DNA of 64,000 bases, from the NCBI GenBank assembly GCA_964016885.1, contig OZ024744.1:89900001-89964000 (forward strand), read 5' to 3'. The translations under genes were made by a program, and so were the position numbers. This DNA comes from Eledone cirrhosa. Lineage: Eukaryota. This document shows positions 23,046 to 35,700 of the stretch, in pieces (within the stretch, counting starts at the first letter, position 1; each line of letters opens with the position of its first letter). Below the pieces are notes generated by a model. It was not told where the DNA came from. It saw only the letters and a program-made list of their open reading frames with translations, and ran no database searches.

Positions 23046-26000
23046 ACAGCCCCGGCGGTCAGAATGGAGAAGGCGTTTCCCCGGAGGACAGCAATGGAGA
23101 CGCGCTGGAAAAACCACTCCAACTCGCGGGGCTCACACCTGCGGCTGGCCAGCTCAGCGCCTATGGTGGTCAGTAGGGAGGTAGCCCTAGGGCCAAGGAC
23201 ACCAGAAGTCTCCACTGCCAGGGGTACGACCGCAAACCTGTCGGAGAGCGACCGGTATTTGAGGAGTTTGGCCCCCTCAGCCCGACGTGCAGCAGAACCC
23301 GGGTTAATCGCAGACTGCACCAGGTTGCGCCTGCAGAAAGTGTCGGTGCAAGTGGCATCCCAGACGAGGGGTTTTCCACCGCGGAACGGGAAGATGGTCA
23401 GGCCTTTTGCCGTCCCCTCGGTCCAGCGCCACCGGCTTGAGCTGGGAAGAGAAGCCTGCAGCGCCCAAGCCATGCTTTATCACATTGTTGAGAGCAGCAT
23501 GGCGTGGAAGGCAGCTGGCACTGTGGCGACAGGAAAGCGGGTGGAGGCCGAAAGGGTCCACGGTGGATCCGCAGCGACATTGGTGTGGCTCGCAGATCCG
23601 GAGGCCGAGCCTCAAGGAAACGCCAATGCGCAGGCTATTATTGTCTAGCTGCGTGCCAGTGGAGAAGGAGGGCAGGGCATGGAGCCTGGCACCACTGTGG
23701 GGTTTGGAGGCCGCACGAAAACAGGCAAGGCGATGCTGGTCGATCTGGTGCGTGAGCCTGTCTGAGGCCAGGCTGGACTGGATGGCATGCCAAGTGCTTT
23801 GGGGAGACTTGGCGTCAACAGGGGGAGAAGGAGGAGGGACGTCTACTGGGCTGAGTCCCAGCCGGTCCCACGTCTGACAGGAGGCCTCACGTTCTCTGAA
23901 CACAGAGGGTTCTATTGTGTTTAGAAGAACCCTGCTGACGAGCACGCGACACGAGGTTACCGACGAAAGATACGTCGGCAAAGCCAGTGAGCTCGAGGAC
24001 CGGAGGCCAAGGCCACCATACCTGACAAGTAAAGTGGCTTGTTGCCAGCCAATGTCGTCAAACTTGACGTTGTATATCTCCTCGGCTGCTTCTCGGATAT
24101 AAGTATCGAGGTCAGCGAGGAGAGATGTGTGGGTGTAGCACGGAGCGCTGCGAAGGGTATAGGGGAGCTTCGGCATGGCGAAGCAGTTCCTCAACAGAAA
24201 GAGGGCTGGGTGGCCGTCGATCAAGTCCAGTCGGCTTGTGAGAGTCTGGAGTTGTTGAAGCCTGGACCTGATGGTGGAGCGGATGGCCGGCGGGTGGATC
24301 GGTGACCTGAGGATGAGGACATCCTCTGTGGGGATCACCTGTACCTGGTGGAGAATGGACCCCACGCCTGAGACGGAGGCTGCAAAGCTCTCAGGATCGT
24401 GGCTGACATTCACTATCTCCGACTTAGCCGAGTTGACCTGGAGGCCGATTCCTGCCAGGGCAGGAACCATCGAGTGTAGGTCATAGCAGACAGTCTGTAC
24501 GGGCCCGCCCAACGTAGCATCATCCAGGTACCAAACATTGAGAGGGGCCGTGATACTCCGGGCGATGTGGTCTATACCAAGGGCAAACAGGAGGAGTCCA
24601 AAAGGGTCGCCCTGTTGGACCCCAGTGACCGAAGGTATGACCGTATCAGCAGCAAGGAGCATGCTCGGGGCTCCATACGACAGATAGGCCAGCGAGTAGG
24701 CAGAGGGGGCTCGGCTGAGGCAGGCATCGAGCAGATGGTCCCAGCGTAAGCAGTTGAAGGCATTCCTCATGTCAAGCCTGACAATGAGGTGCCTGGAGTC
24801 CCTTGATGCTGGTTCCTGTGGGCAGCTGTTGAAGAACTGCCTGGTTGCATGTGCGGCCCCCTCACAGCCACCGGACACGCCGATACCCAGTTGCACCGGA
24901 TTGAACTCCTCACCCAGTTCGGGTGTTATGAACCTGCAGACCACCTTGGCAGCCAGCTTCCGGAAGATATTGCCCACGGTGATGGGGCATATGCCACCCT
25001 CTTTCTTCCTGAGAGCGGTGAGGCTAGCCGAAAAAAAAGAGGCAGCAGGCGTGAGGGTCTAGGGTGCCATGGATGAGCCTATGGGTGAGCGCCACAATTG
25101 CACCCAGAAGGCGGTGCCCGGCCTCAGCGGAGAGGGGGAATATGAGCTCCTTCAGGTGGCCTCGTCGGAGATCATCAACACCTCCGCTGCTGCTAGCTGG
25201 GAAGGACTTGATGGCGGACATGCTGTCTGCATCAGAAGCCACAAGGAGCAAGTGGGGTCGGGTGGGGGTATGGGTCTGAGATCAGCGGGTGGCTCAGGGT
25301 GCTTAAGTCGCAGAGCAGCCAGGACCTCCTCGGTGGGTTGGAGGACAGTGTCCTCTGAGGCAACCACTCTGACTGCGGCCGAGACATCACCCATGATTAA
25401 TTTAGCATTTACGCGGTCGCGCAAATGCTTAGTGCTGGCCTCATGGGTGGAGGGTTGGGGGTACCCGAGGGTTGGGTGTGTGGCATCCCTGGGCACGCTT
25501 GGAATGGGTGCTTGCCAAAAAGGACGAAAAATTGGCCTTAACGAAGGCTGTTGTTGACCGGCCAGAGCTGGGGAGGCCGAGGGAGAGTGGGACGAAATAA
25601 TAGAGTCGCTCTCACTCGATGGCTCGATTAGAGTCCAGGGCGCTCTCAATCAAGGAGGCGAGGGCATCGGCTACCGGCACCCGAGCCCTCTAGGGATCTT
25701 GAGTGGGATCTTCCGGAGCCGCCTGAGCCGAGCGACGTTGACTAGCGAGGCGCGGGCGTCAGACAAGCTCGCTGTCGCATCTGGTGGTGTGCTAGACGGC
25801 CATGGCTGGGCAGACGAGGGAAAGAGGCAGTTCCTGCATCTCTACGCTGCGAGGGGACTAGAGGCTCGACGTATCAAGCCAACACAGGTGAGGTGGTGGA
25901 AGCAGCCGCACCTCGAACAGTTCCGGCCCCTCTTCCGTCTGTTAGTGGTGCTGCAAGTGCTGCAGGTGTCGGCTTGAAGAGATGGGATGGGGCGAGGGGG

Positions 26001-26110
26001 CAGGGACTGGGGCACCGCGCGGCATCGGGGATGAGTGGCTCGCGTGTGTGGGTGGAAGGGAAAGTGCTGGTAAGAGGGCCTCATAGCTCACCTACATCAG
26101 ATATATAGGC
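23046..26110 (-). mobile_element. CRE-clade (RLE-type) non-LTR retrotransposon, frameshifted
   Basis: RT motifs RLDMRNAFN, GVQQGDPFG and WYLDDATL. CRCG..H..C knuckle. RLE motifs DGKRPD, LVWDATCTDT and VPLAVETSGVLG. N-terminal Cys/His cluster. The 3' end runs into (TGG)n. Confidence 0.88.
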
Positions 26111-26195
26111 GTCCGAGAGATATTTCAGGTAAATCCAGTTGGTATACTTCCAGTCACCTTAGATTTATACCCACAGAGAATATATTAACAGAAAA

Positions 26196-26320
26196 TAGAT
26201 CACCAATGTTCAACAGTTAAAACATAATTCATTTGATTCACACGTGTCTACAGCGAATGAAACAGTGTGAATCAAATAAACAATGTATTAATTGTTTAAT
26301 TGTTGAACTTTGGTGATCTA
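26196..26320. repeat. Imperfect fold-back, PLE-end-like
   Basis: Arms atagatcaccaatgttcaaca / tgttgaactttggtgatctat and atttgattcacac / gtgtgaatcaaat. Confidence 0.55.
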
Positions 26321-26507
26321 TTTTTTTGTTTTTTTTATATTTATATGCATGTGTGTGTGTGTACATACACACACACACGCACACACACGTATATATTTCC
26401 CTTCCCAGCTCTGAATACATACATACACACCCTTATATTATTTTAGTTACATCTACATATCTTCTTAGCTTCGTACGGACGTATAATAACACACACAGAC
26501 ACACACG

Positions 26508-26546
<39 letters not shown>

Positions 26547-26778
26547 ACACACGCGCGCGCGCACAAGTATAACTCTTTATACAAAACGAGTTTTTTTTTC
26601 CATTTCAGGAAAACGCGCTCCATCATCCACGTTTCTAAAAAAATAAATCATGCACAAAACGCCAGCATCAACAGTTTTCCAAGAGATGTCAACATGAATG
26701 GACCTGTTATTTTTCTCTAAAGACATTTTTCCAATTCCAACCCGCCCGTCCCTCCAATCTGTCTTATTTCTCATTCTT

Positions 26779-26814
26779 TCTTTTGATGGAGGACTAGCGT
26801 CCGAAACGTTAAGA
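26779..26814 (+). ncRNA. Degenerate minimal hammerhead (PLE type)
   Basis: TCTT-TTGATGGA-GGAC(tagc)GTCC-GAAA-CG-TT-AAGA; the core is mutated. Confidence 0.4.
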
Positions 26815-26924
26815 CCCTCTTCCTGCTATTTCAAGCGTTAACCTAATATATACCTTCCATATACTGTACCGATTGAGTTGTTATTTCTGTTTACCTTTTA
26901 CATACATCTATATAATTCGTTTTT

Positions 26925-27140
26925 TAATTTGTTTTGCAAGATTTCTTATCTGAAAACGTGTGTTGTAACAGATATTGTTATACTTCAGGAGGGTCATGCT
27001 GCCAATAAAAACACATGCACCTGTTGCTTTTCACTTCAATTTAATATAAGTGTCCGGTTGGTTGGTTGGCTGGTTCGAAAACCGGAAGGCTGTTTATATA
27101 TTGTCAAAGCTCTTTCGTCACACATTCTGTGACCTCCTTT
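26925..27140 (-). mobile_element. PLE family P1 fragment
   Basis: Reverse-complement similarity to ~120-370. Confidence 0.65.
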
Positions 27141-27436
27141 GTTCTGTCCTACAAAAAAACTTGCCTCAACACTTAATTTTAAATCTTTAATTTTTATTTT
27201 TTAATTCTTATTAATTCTTTTTTAATTATAATACTCAGCATTTGATAAGATAATTTTACTAATCCATCGAAACCCGTTGTACTTTATATACTTTATATAC
27301 ATCATAAAACTCTTTTTTAAAAGAATTATCCCACTCATTTTGTTAATAATGTCATCTTGGTGAATCAAAGAAAGAAAAAAAAACAGACTATTAAATATAT
27401 TTTCCGTGCTATTTCCAATTTCAACTTTTCTCTCTC

Positions 27437-27529
<93 letters not shown>

Positions 27530-27629
27530 ATATATATTATAGTTAAAACAGAAAACAAAAAAAAACAAAAACAAAGCGAAGAGGCGATACAAAGTGTTAG
27601 CCTCTCACGCTTGAGAGTGGGGGTGGGGG

Positions 27630-27662
27630 ACGACGTTTCGTGCATAAACCCTTCATCAGGAA
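27630..27662 (-). ncRNA. Degenerate minimal hammerhead next to a probable PLE fragment (~27770-27900)
   Basis: Minus strand CCTGATGAAGGGTTTATGCACGAAACGTCG; stem II is mismatched. Confidence 0.4.
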
Positions 27663-28377
27663 AAAATGGGCAGGAAAAGAGTTCCGAGGGTGTGAGGGGG
27701 AGTGGTGGAAAGACATTAAAAGGGGGGAGGGGTTAGAGGTATATATATATATATATATATATATAAGGAGACACAAACAAGAGATGGACAGTCTCCCTCC
27801 GTCAGTAGTTTACTACGGGTCACGGATGTTTCGGTGCATTATAAACTATACATCTATCCGTAGCGCGCCCAGAGCCTTTTATCTATCAAAAGGCCACGAG
27901 GGAGAGAAAGAAAAGAAGAAAGAGAGAAGAAAAAAAGGAAAAATAAAAGGTAAAAAAGGAAAGAAAAAAAAGAAGTAAACATACCGATAGAAGGGGGAAC
28001 ACGGTACAGAAAATGCAACAGGAGTCTTTTAAGAATATTTATTTATTTACTTTACCGGTTTCACAGTTCTTATGCTTTTCAAAAGTGGATGGAGGGTTTG
28101 TGTTTCTGTTGTGGTGTGTCTCATATATATATAAACTGATAATAAGAATTGCAGCTTTTTGTAAACTTTATTACATATTACAATTTGTTCCCATATAGAT
28201 CAGCTCGGGTGTGATCATGTGATCGGATCCCGACTCTTAATCGACACTTCAATTATGAGACTTTACATAGGTGGTCCCATCCAAACTGTTAACATATGAC
28301 CCGCATTCGTTTTATTTACATCTTATTGGTTATGGTGAGTGATGAATTGTAAAGAATTGTAAATAATAACTCTCATA

Positions 28378-29145
28378 AGGGCGGTGGGCTGGCATTATCA
28401 ATAGAATGTCCGACAACATACTTCGTGGCATAGAGTTATGACCCTTTACGTTCTGGGTTGAAATCCTGCCGAGGTTAGCTTTGCGTTTCATCCTTAGAAG
28501 GTCGATAAAATAAAGTACCAGTAACGTACTGATGTCGATTTAATCGACATTTCACTTCCCTAAAATTGTAGGGCATGTGCCTGAATCAGGAACCATTATT
28601 AACTGTCATGGTCGGTGGATAGGAAGTCTCGGTAGAGGGTCTGACGCCATGCTTTTCAGCAAAGAGTTACGTCCCTTTACGGTCTGAGTTCAAATCCCGC
28701 CGAGGTTAACTTTACCTTTCATTCTTACGGGGTTAATAAAATAAAGCACCAGTAATACATTGGCATAATTCCTGGCCTTGTGCCAAAAGTAAAAACAATT
28801 ATTAATTGTCATATACACAATTAATTGTAATTAAGATGGCCATAAAAATGTCTTTAGATGAAATTATAAATACCAAAATTGGGAAGAATGAAAGGGAAAA
28901 AAGATGGGTGGAGAAGAGCCAGTGGTTAAATGGTTAGCAGAGATTCGAATGTTGGCCAGTATAACGGTTTCTACTTTTGGCACAAGGCCAGCAATTATCC
29001 CAGTACATTACTGGTACTTTATTTTATCGACCTCGTAAGGATGAAAGGTAAAGTTAACTTCGACGGGATTTGAACGCATAACATAAAGGGCTGTAACTCT
29101 ACATTGCATAACATGGCGTCAGACCCTCTACCGATACTGCCAATC
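28378..29145. mobile_element. Three tRNA-derived SINE copies (two plus, one minus at ~28965-29145)
   Basis: tRNA-like head with B box GTTCAAATC and conserved body gcctttcatccttacggggtcgataaaataaagtaccag. Confidence 0.85.
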
Positions 29146-29174
29146 CAAGGGACATATTGCTGTGAGAGATAATG

Positions 29175-29288
29175 GTATGTATACAAGGGAGAAGAAGAAG
29201 AAGAAGAAGAAGAAGAAGAAGAAGAAGAAGAAGAAGGGAGGAGGAGAAGAAAGAGGAAGAGGTGGTGGTTGTGTTGTTTATGGTGAAT

Positions 29289-29326
<38 letters not shown>

Positions 29327-29327
29327 A

Positions 29328-29366
<39 letters not shown>

Positions 29367-29420
29367 GCGGTGGTGGTGGTGGCGGTGGTGGTGGCGGTGG
29401 TTATGATGATAGTGATGGTA
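29175..29420. repeat. Compound (GAA)n/(GAT)n/(GGT)n microsatellite
   Basis: Direct reading. Confidence 0.95.
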
Positions 29421-29569
29421 AAGTAGAAGATGAAGAGGAAGATGGTGAGTTTGGATATGAATGGGTGGAGGAGGGACGAATTAGTGTTTAAGTTTCGCTG
29501 TTTTAGGGATGGAGCTGTTTGAAGTTAGAAGAAATGAATGAAATGAAATGAAGTGATTAAAAAAAGTTG

Positions 29570-29740
29570 GACACTTCTGGTGTCCTCGACCCTAGGGCTA
29601 CCTCCTTACTCACCACCATGGGCGCTTAGCTGGCCAGCCGCAAGTGTGAGCTTCGCGAGTTGGAATGGCTTTTCTAGCGCATCTCCCGTGCCGTCCTCCG
29701 AGGAAACGCCTTCTTTATTCTGTCCGCTGGTGCTGTGGGG
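29570..29740 (+). mobile_element. CRE-like 3' fragment
   Basis: Matches the reverse complement of ~23050-23215. Confidence 0.7.
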
Positions 29741-30087
29741 CGGCCACCATTATGATTGACTGACTTGTTATGTTATCAGTCAACTGTTGCTGTCGTTAGA
29801 TAACTAGGTATCCGTAGATGTTTTTAGACTCATTTTGTATATGCAGTTACCAAGTTAATTCAATTGATCTATCAATATAATACAGTCTTTTCCAGAGTTG
29901 GATCTCTTAGGAATTAAATTCCTAACACATATAACCTCAATATTCTACAAGTGTCTACCAGAATGTTTCATCTTGGCACATGTTTCTTAATATACGTAAA
30001 TTGGGGGTTAAGTGAGATACATGGAAAGAGGCCGGATGGGATTGTTGAATAAGGTGAATATATGAAGTGAAATGGATTAAAACAATA

Positions 30088-30900
30088 TTACTTGGTTGGG
30101 GTAGCTCGATATGGGTAGTTAGCGTTTGTTGGGCTGGTATGCCTGAATGATAGGGCCGAGAATGTTGTGTTTCTGGCGTGTCGGCATCTCAGCAGTATTT
30201 CGGAATTCAGGTTCACTGTTTTTTTTTTAATTTGGTGATCTCCACGGCTTTGCCAATACAAAGCCGGCACTTTCTCTGGGCCGGTGATTGAGGTGTTGCG
30301 TGTTTAACCAAACTCCTGTACAATTTGAACCCGGTTTGCGAGTCCTTGAGCCTCCATTCAAAGTTTGCCAGTTTAGTGAATGATCGCTTGCTCCTACCAT
30401 TGGAGGTGCTCTTATGATTGTAGTAACGGACCTTGAATGTTCTGTATGTGGCCCCGATGTATGCGTGTCTGGAATTATGTGTTTGGTCCTCGGACTTGTA
30501 CATTATGTTTTTGGCCAAACAGTTATTTTGCAGGGGGCACTGGTTTCTGACTCGTCAATTGCATGTTTTGTTGTTATGTCCGCAGTTGGTGTTGGCGGTA
30601 GCTTCTAAGGATGAATGTGGTGTGGAGTTCGACCTGCCGTTCAGTTCTGTATTATTGCTGTAGGTGATAGATTGAACTTCACCGTTTGCCGATTAAATAT
30701 CTTTTGGTACTTGTATTGGGGTGAGAACGAATCGTCCAATGCCCTGAAAAATGCGGTCAGGATGTTAGTCTTTACATGTTTGGAAAATGGCGCGTTGTAC
30801 ATGTCATGCGTCTTGACCTGGTCCTATATTTTCGTGGCTGTTGGGTGATGGGTGTGTAGATGGTGTTACTGCCACTAAGTTGATTAGAAAGTTGATTCGT
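30088..30900 (-). mobile_element. Penelope-like remnant (GIY-YIG)
   Basis: NIMYK..YIGATYRTFKVRYYNHKST..TKLANFEWRLKD..KCRLC. Confidence 0.8.
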
Positions 30901-31294
30901 TCGTCGCCGTTGCCGTCATTATGAGTGTTGTTGTGGCCATCTGCGCCAGTCAAGGGTGTGACTGGGGATTCTGCGTTGATGTTATTTAGAGGACCGCGCT
31001 CCACGTGGATATGGGTTTTCGAAATGTTGTGCTTTTGCGATCAGGTGGTACGGCAGTTTTCCCCTCTTTGGGTTTTGAAACTGTTGTTCGCACGTCGGTT
31101 GTTGCCTTCTGCGGTGTGTTCCTGGGTGGATTTCAGTACTTTCGGACTCCTGAGGATCTTAGAGTCTTTGTTGTTTGGTGGTGCTGCCGTGTTGGAAAAC
31201 ATGTCCTGGTGTGGTGGGGAGGGGACAGGAGAGGAGAAGGTGTATGTGTACATACGTGTGGGTGAGTGTATGTATGTCTGGAGGAAGGAGCGTG

Positions 31295-31472
31295 GGGCGT
31301 GGTGGGGTGGCATAACTCTATGCTTTGACGCATAGAGTTACGGCCCTTTCCATTCTGAGTTCAAATCCCGCCGAGGTCAACTTTGCCTTTCATCCTTACG
31401 GGGTGGATAAAATAAAGTGGCAGTAATGTACTGGGTAATTGCTGGCCTTGTGCCAAAAGTAGAAACAACTAT
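31295..31472 (+). mobile_element. tRNA-derived SINE
   Basis: gagttcaaatcccgccgaggtcaactttgcctttcatcc. Confidence 0.85.
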
Positions 31473-31997
31473 TAGTAGGGTGGTGAGGTATGGGTGTGTG
31501 TGTGGGTGGAGGTTAGTGGTGCATGCGCATACACGCATATAAGGTTTATAAAATGTGTGCGTGTGAGAGGGGAGAAGAAAGAAAAATCTTATATAAACAC
31601 ATGCGCACATATACATATATACACACACACATAGACGCGCGCACACACACACACACACATACACACACACGCACATACACACACACACACAATGGCTGAT
31701 AGGTAATAACATTCTGCTGTAATTATGAACACCGAGATCTCACAGGTGCGCCTTCAGCACGGTCATACGTCGTTTTATGAGTGTACACTCCTTTGTGTTG
31801 TACATAAAACGCTTACTTTTCCTATTTTCTTTCAATTGCGGTAGGGGCGAATATTGGAATAGCGAGGACATACGGATGCGCCTTCTAAACAGACTGTGAG
31901 ATTTTCTTTCTATGGAACTCGCTAACGTGATGTATGCGGTTCTTTGCGGTTAAGTGTTTATCATTTTATTTTTTTTCAACTTACAGGGTACTTCATG

Positions 31998-32136
<139 letters not shown>

Positions 32137-32155
32137 TATACATACACATACACAC

Positions 32156-32242
<87 letters not shown>

Positions 32243-32714
32243 CCAGAGTCGGTGATAGAAAACGATGAGGTGAAGGTGCTGTGGGATTTTAGGATACAGA
32301 CGGACAAGAAACTGGAACACAATAAACCTGACCTGGTGGTTTTGGACAAGGAAAAAAGATCGTGGCTGATTGTGGATGTGGCCTGCCCATTCGACACGAG
32401 AGTGCAAGAGAAGGAGAGGGAGAAAATTAACCGATACCAGGACTTAAAGTGGGAGGTAAAAAGGATTTGAAACTGCCATGAAGTCAAAGTGGTCCCGATT
32501 GTCATAGGCGCACTAGGTACTATCTCCAAAAGTTTCCAGGGATGGTTAAAGAAAATTGGCCCCTTCACGCTTTTTGGAACGCTTCAAAAGGCATGCTTGC
32601 TGGGAACAGCAAGAACCCTCCGATACGTCCTGAATATCTGAGGCTGCAGGTAGTGGCTTGATATTCATTTCAACAAACTTTCCAGTTAACTAACATCAAT
32701 GACTGAGACTCAAA

Positions 32715-32715
<1 letters not shown>
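32243..32715 (+). mobile_element. 5'-truncated Dong/Rex6-like (R4 clade) element in (TAA)n
   Basis: PESVIENDEVKVLWDFRIQTD..HNKPDLVV..IVDVACPFD..VPIVIGALG; (AAT)n on both sides; in-frame stop at ~32468. Confidence 0.9.
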
Positions 32716-32751
<36 letters not shown>

Positions 32752-32752
<1 letters not shown>

Positions 32753-35700
32753 TTTTCTTTATTAACCACAAGGGTTCACATAAAGTAGACATTAAGGACA
32801 GTACAGGACAATACAGGACGGTACTAATGGGCATTTCTGCGCGTAAAAAAACAGAGGTTGAAATAAAATAACAAAGAAAAATTCCCCAATAGGGGGGAGA
32901 CTTCCAAGGGACATTTGTGGAGAAAGCCCATTAAAAGACCACAGTGGCCCTGACCACCAGGGCAAGTGCCCTCTCCCAGTTTTCCACCTTTAATTTACAG
33001 ACACATACTCAGAGAAGGCCCATTCATTCGGGCCATACTTGCTTCTCTCACCCATCTTTCAACAAAATCTGGGAAGAGAGCACTTCCCTCTCTACCCTGA
33101 TTTTCCTTTTCAAATGAAATTTGAAAAAGTTAATCAGGGCATCACCGAAGAGGTAAGTGCTCGTCTTCAGCCCTTTCAAACGTGTCCACCATACTATCTC
33201 TTTCGCCATGGCCACCAGACAGATAAAAACTGCCTGCCCTTCCAGGCTAAAGGAAGGGGGCGGGGCAATCCTCACGATGGACTCAGCTGATAGCCGGATC
33301 CGTCCTACACGTGACAGCAGGTGTTCGACATAAACCCACAAGTCAGCAATGCTCGGACACTGGACGAGTGCGTGCAGGACGGTTTCGTCGCCCTGCGCGC
33401 ATCTCGGACATGCCCGTCTGACGGCACCTCCATGCCTGTAGAGTTTATCCCTAACTGGAAAAGCTCCTCGGTAGCACTGCCAGGCCAGGGATTTCTGGAA
33501 GTTGTCCATAGGCCCCGGCCCGAAAGTCCTTCCGAAGAGATTGGCTAGTTGATTTTCGTCGACGCCTAGAGTTTCTCCAAGTACGTCGTCGCTCTTCCCC
33601 TCCACTAATCCCCTATAGAACGCCAAGGTGGAGTTTCCACCGATCACATTGCCCGATTGGTCGAGGGCTGTGAGCGACTGAAGACATTCCAGTCTCCAAG
33701 CGCTCCCTCTCGATCTTCGCTTGACCCAGGACTGCAGCTCCGTCAAGGAGACGAGCTGGGGAAAAACGCGTCTTGCAAACGGCGACCACACCTGATCACC
33801 GTCGAGGAAGAGGTGGAGATGTCGTAGCCTGAGCGCGTGTCTGCGCATCATCAGCCACGGCATGCCCAGCCCTCCACGTAGCGGGTGTTGACAGCAGATG
33901 GACCGCCTGACCATCGGAGCGCGTCCCTTCCACAAGAAGCGAAAGAGCAAACGCTCCAGCGCAGTCAGGCGGGGCTTAGGACAAGGTACGACGGTCAGGC
34001 GGTAGTAGATGACGGATGCGATGTACGCATTCGCCACCTCCGCTCGACCTTTCAGGGATAGCTTCCTCTCCGCCCATTTCTGGGTGAGAGAAGCCACCCT
34101 GCTCGTCACCTCGTCCCAGTTTTTGTCCGTCTGGAGGTCTGGACCGAACCAGACCCCTAGCAATTTAACCGGTCCGTCCGTCCAGCGCCCGACGACGCTG
34201 TTGGACGGCATGGACCTGCCTCTCCAGGTGCCGAGCTGCAGGCCCACTGACTTTTCCTGGTTGATCATTGCTCCTGTCACCGCTTCGTATTCTCTTAGTG
34301 TAGTGCCGATCGCCTCGATGTGTTTGGCGTTCGACACCACTACGGTGACATCGTCGGCATATGCTGACACGGATCTTCCGCATCCTAGTTCGCGCGGGAC
34401 CCCCCTCAACGTCTCCAGTTTGTGCAGTAATGGCTCGAGAGTCAATACGTACAATAGGGACGAGAGGGGACATCCTTGGCGGACCGAGCGCATGATGTTG
34501 AACGGTTCCGAAAGGTGACCGTTCACTCTCACTACAGAGCAGATGTCGCTGTGCATGGCAGCGATCCAGCCTCTGAAGACGGGCCCAAAGCCAGCCGCCC
34601 TCAGGACTGCCGTTAGGTAACGATGGTCGACCCTATCGAAGGCTTTCGACTGATCTAAATTGATCAAAGACCCACCCGTGCCAGGTTCCCTAGCTACCCT
34701 CTCTACGATGTATCGCATGAGGTGGAGGTTGTCGTGGATGGATCTGTCGGGAGTGGCGCATGTCTGTGCCTCTCCCACCAGACCACCAACGACAAGCGCC
34801 AACCTCTTTGCTAGCACCTTGGCCAAAATCTTGAACTCTGTGTTTAGCAGAGTTATGGGCCTAAAATTATCTATGTTATCCCCCTTGTTCGGATCCTTTC
34901 TCAGCAGCACGACCGCTCCTCGGCTCACAGAGCTGGGAATTCTCCCGTTCTGTTGCCAGTTGCAGTAGACATCCGCCAAGAGGCCTCCGAACAAGTTTGG
35001 CATTTGTACGTAAAGTTCATAGGGCAGACCATCCAAACCAGGCGATTTACCCCTTGTGCAACTAGTCATTGCATCCCGTACTTCAGCGGTTGTTATCGGC
35101 TTTTCGCAACACTCCGCCTCAGTGGCCGAAAGCCGCGGCAGTCCGTCGAGGTAGACACTAAAGTCCATCCCTCGATCCGGCCCGCCACTGCCCCCGAACA
35201 GTTGAGCGAAGTGTCGCTGAAAAGCTTCACACATTTGCCCGGGATCGAGTAGCATGCGCCCGTCGTGGTCCACCAAAGACCGGATCGTGGCTTTGTTGCC
35301 ACGACGCGCCTCCGCCACTCGGGCCCATTGAACGGCTTTCGTCCCCTCGTGTCTGAGAGCACGCACCCTAGCTCTGACAACGCAGCCTTCGTGCTTTGCA
35401 TTGAAGAATTGGTCAAGGGCCAATTTCGCCGCAAGTACGTCGGTCGCGATGCCTTTGCTAAGCGCCTCATCTAATTTTCTAACTAATTCTCCCTCTGCTC
35501 TATTTTTCTCTATTGCTAAAGCCTTACTAAACCTAATGGATTCTATTCTAATCGCTCTTTTCAGAGCAAACCACCACTTGTTGTTGACGATGGCCCCCGT
35601 CAACGCCCGCTTAACTAGTTCGCTAATCCGGTCTCTGTAGGCCTTGCGCGCTGGTAAGGACGCGTTTAGCTTCCAGTAGCCGGGTCCTCGTCTATGAAGC

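Noticed and set aside
28255-28305. Possible second 5S remnant (minus TTTGGATGGGACCACC)
   Set aside because: The match is too short to support a call.
29162-29491. Poly-K/D/G ORF
   Set aside because: Compound trinucleotide microsatellite.
31700-31935. Unique-looking sequence as a possible host exon
   Set aside because: No convincing ORF, splice pair or motif is visible without a search.
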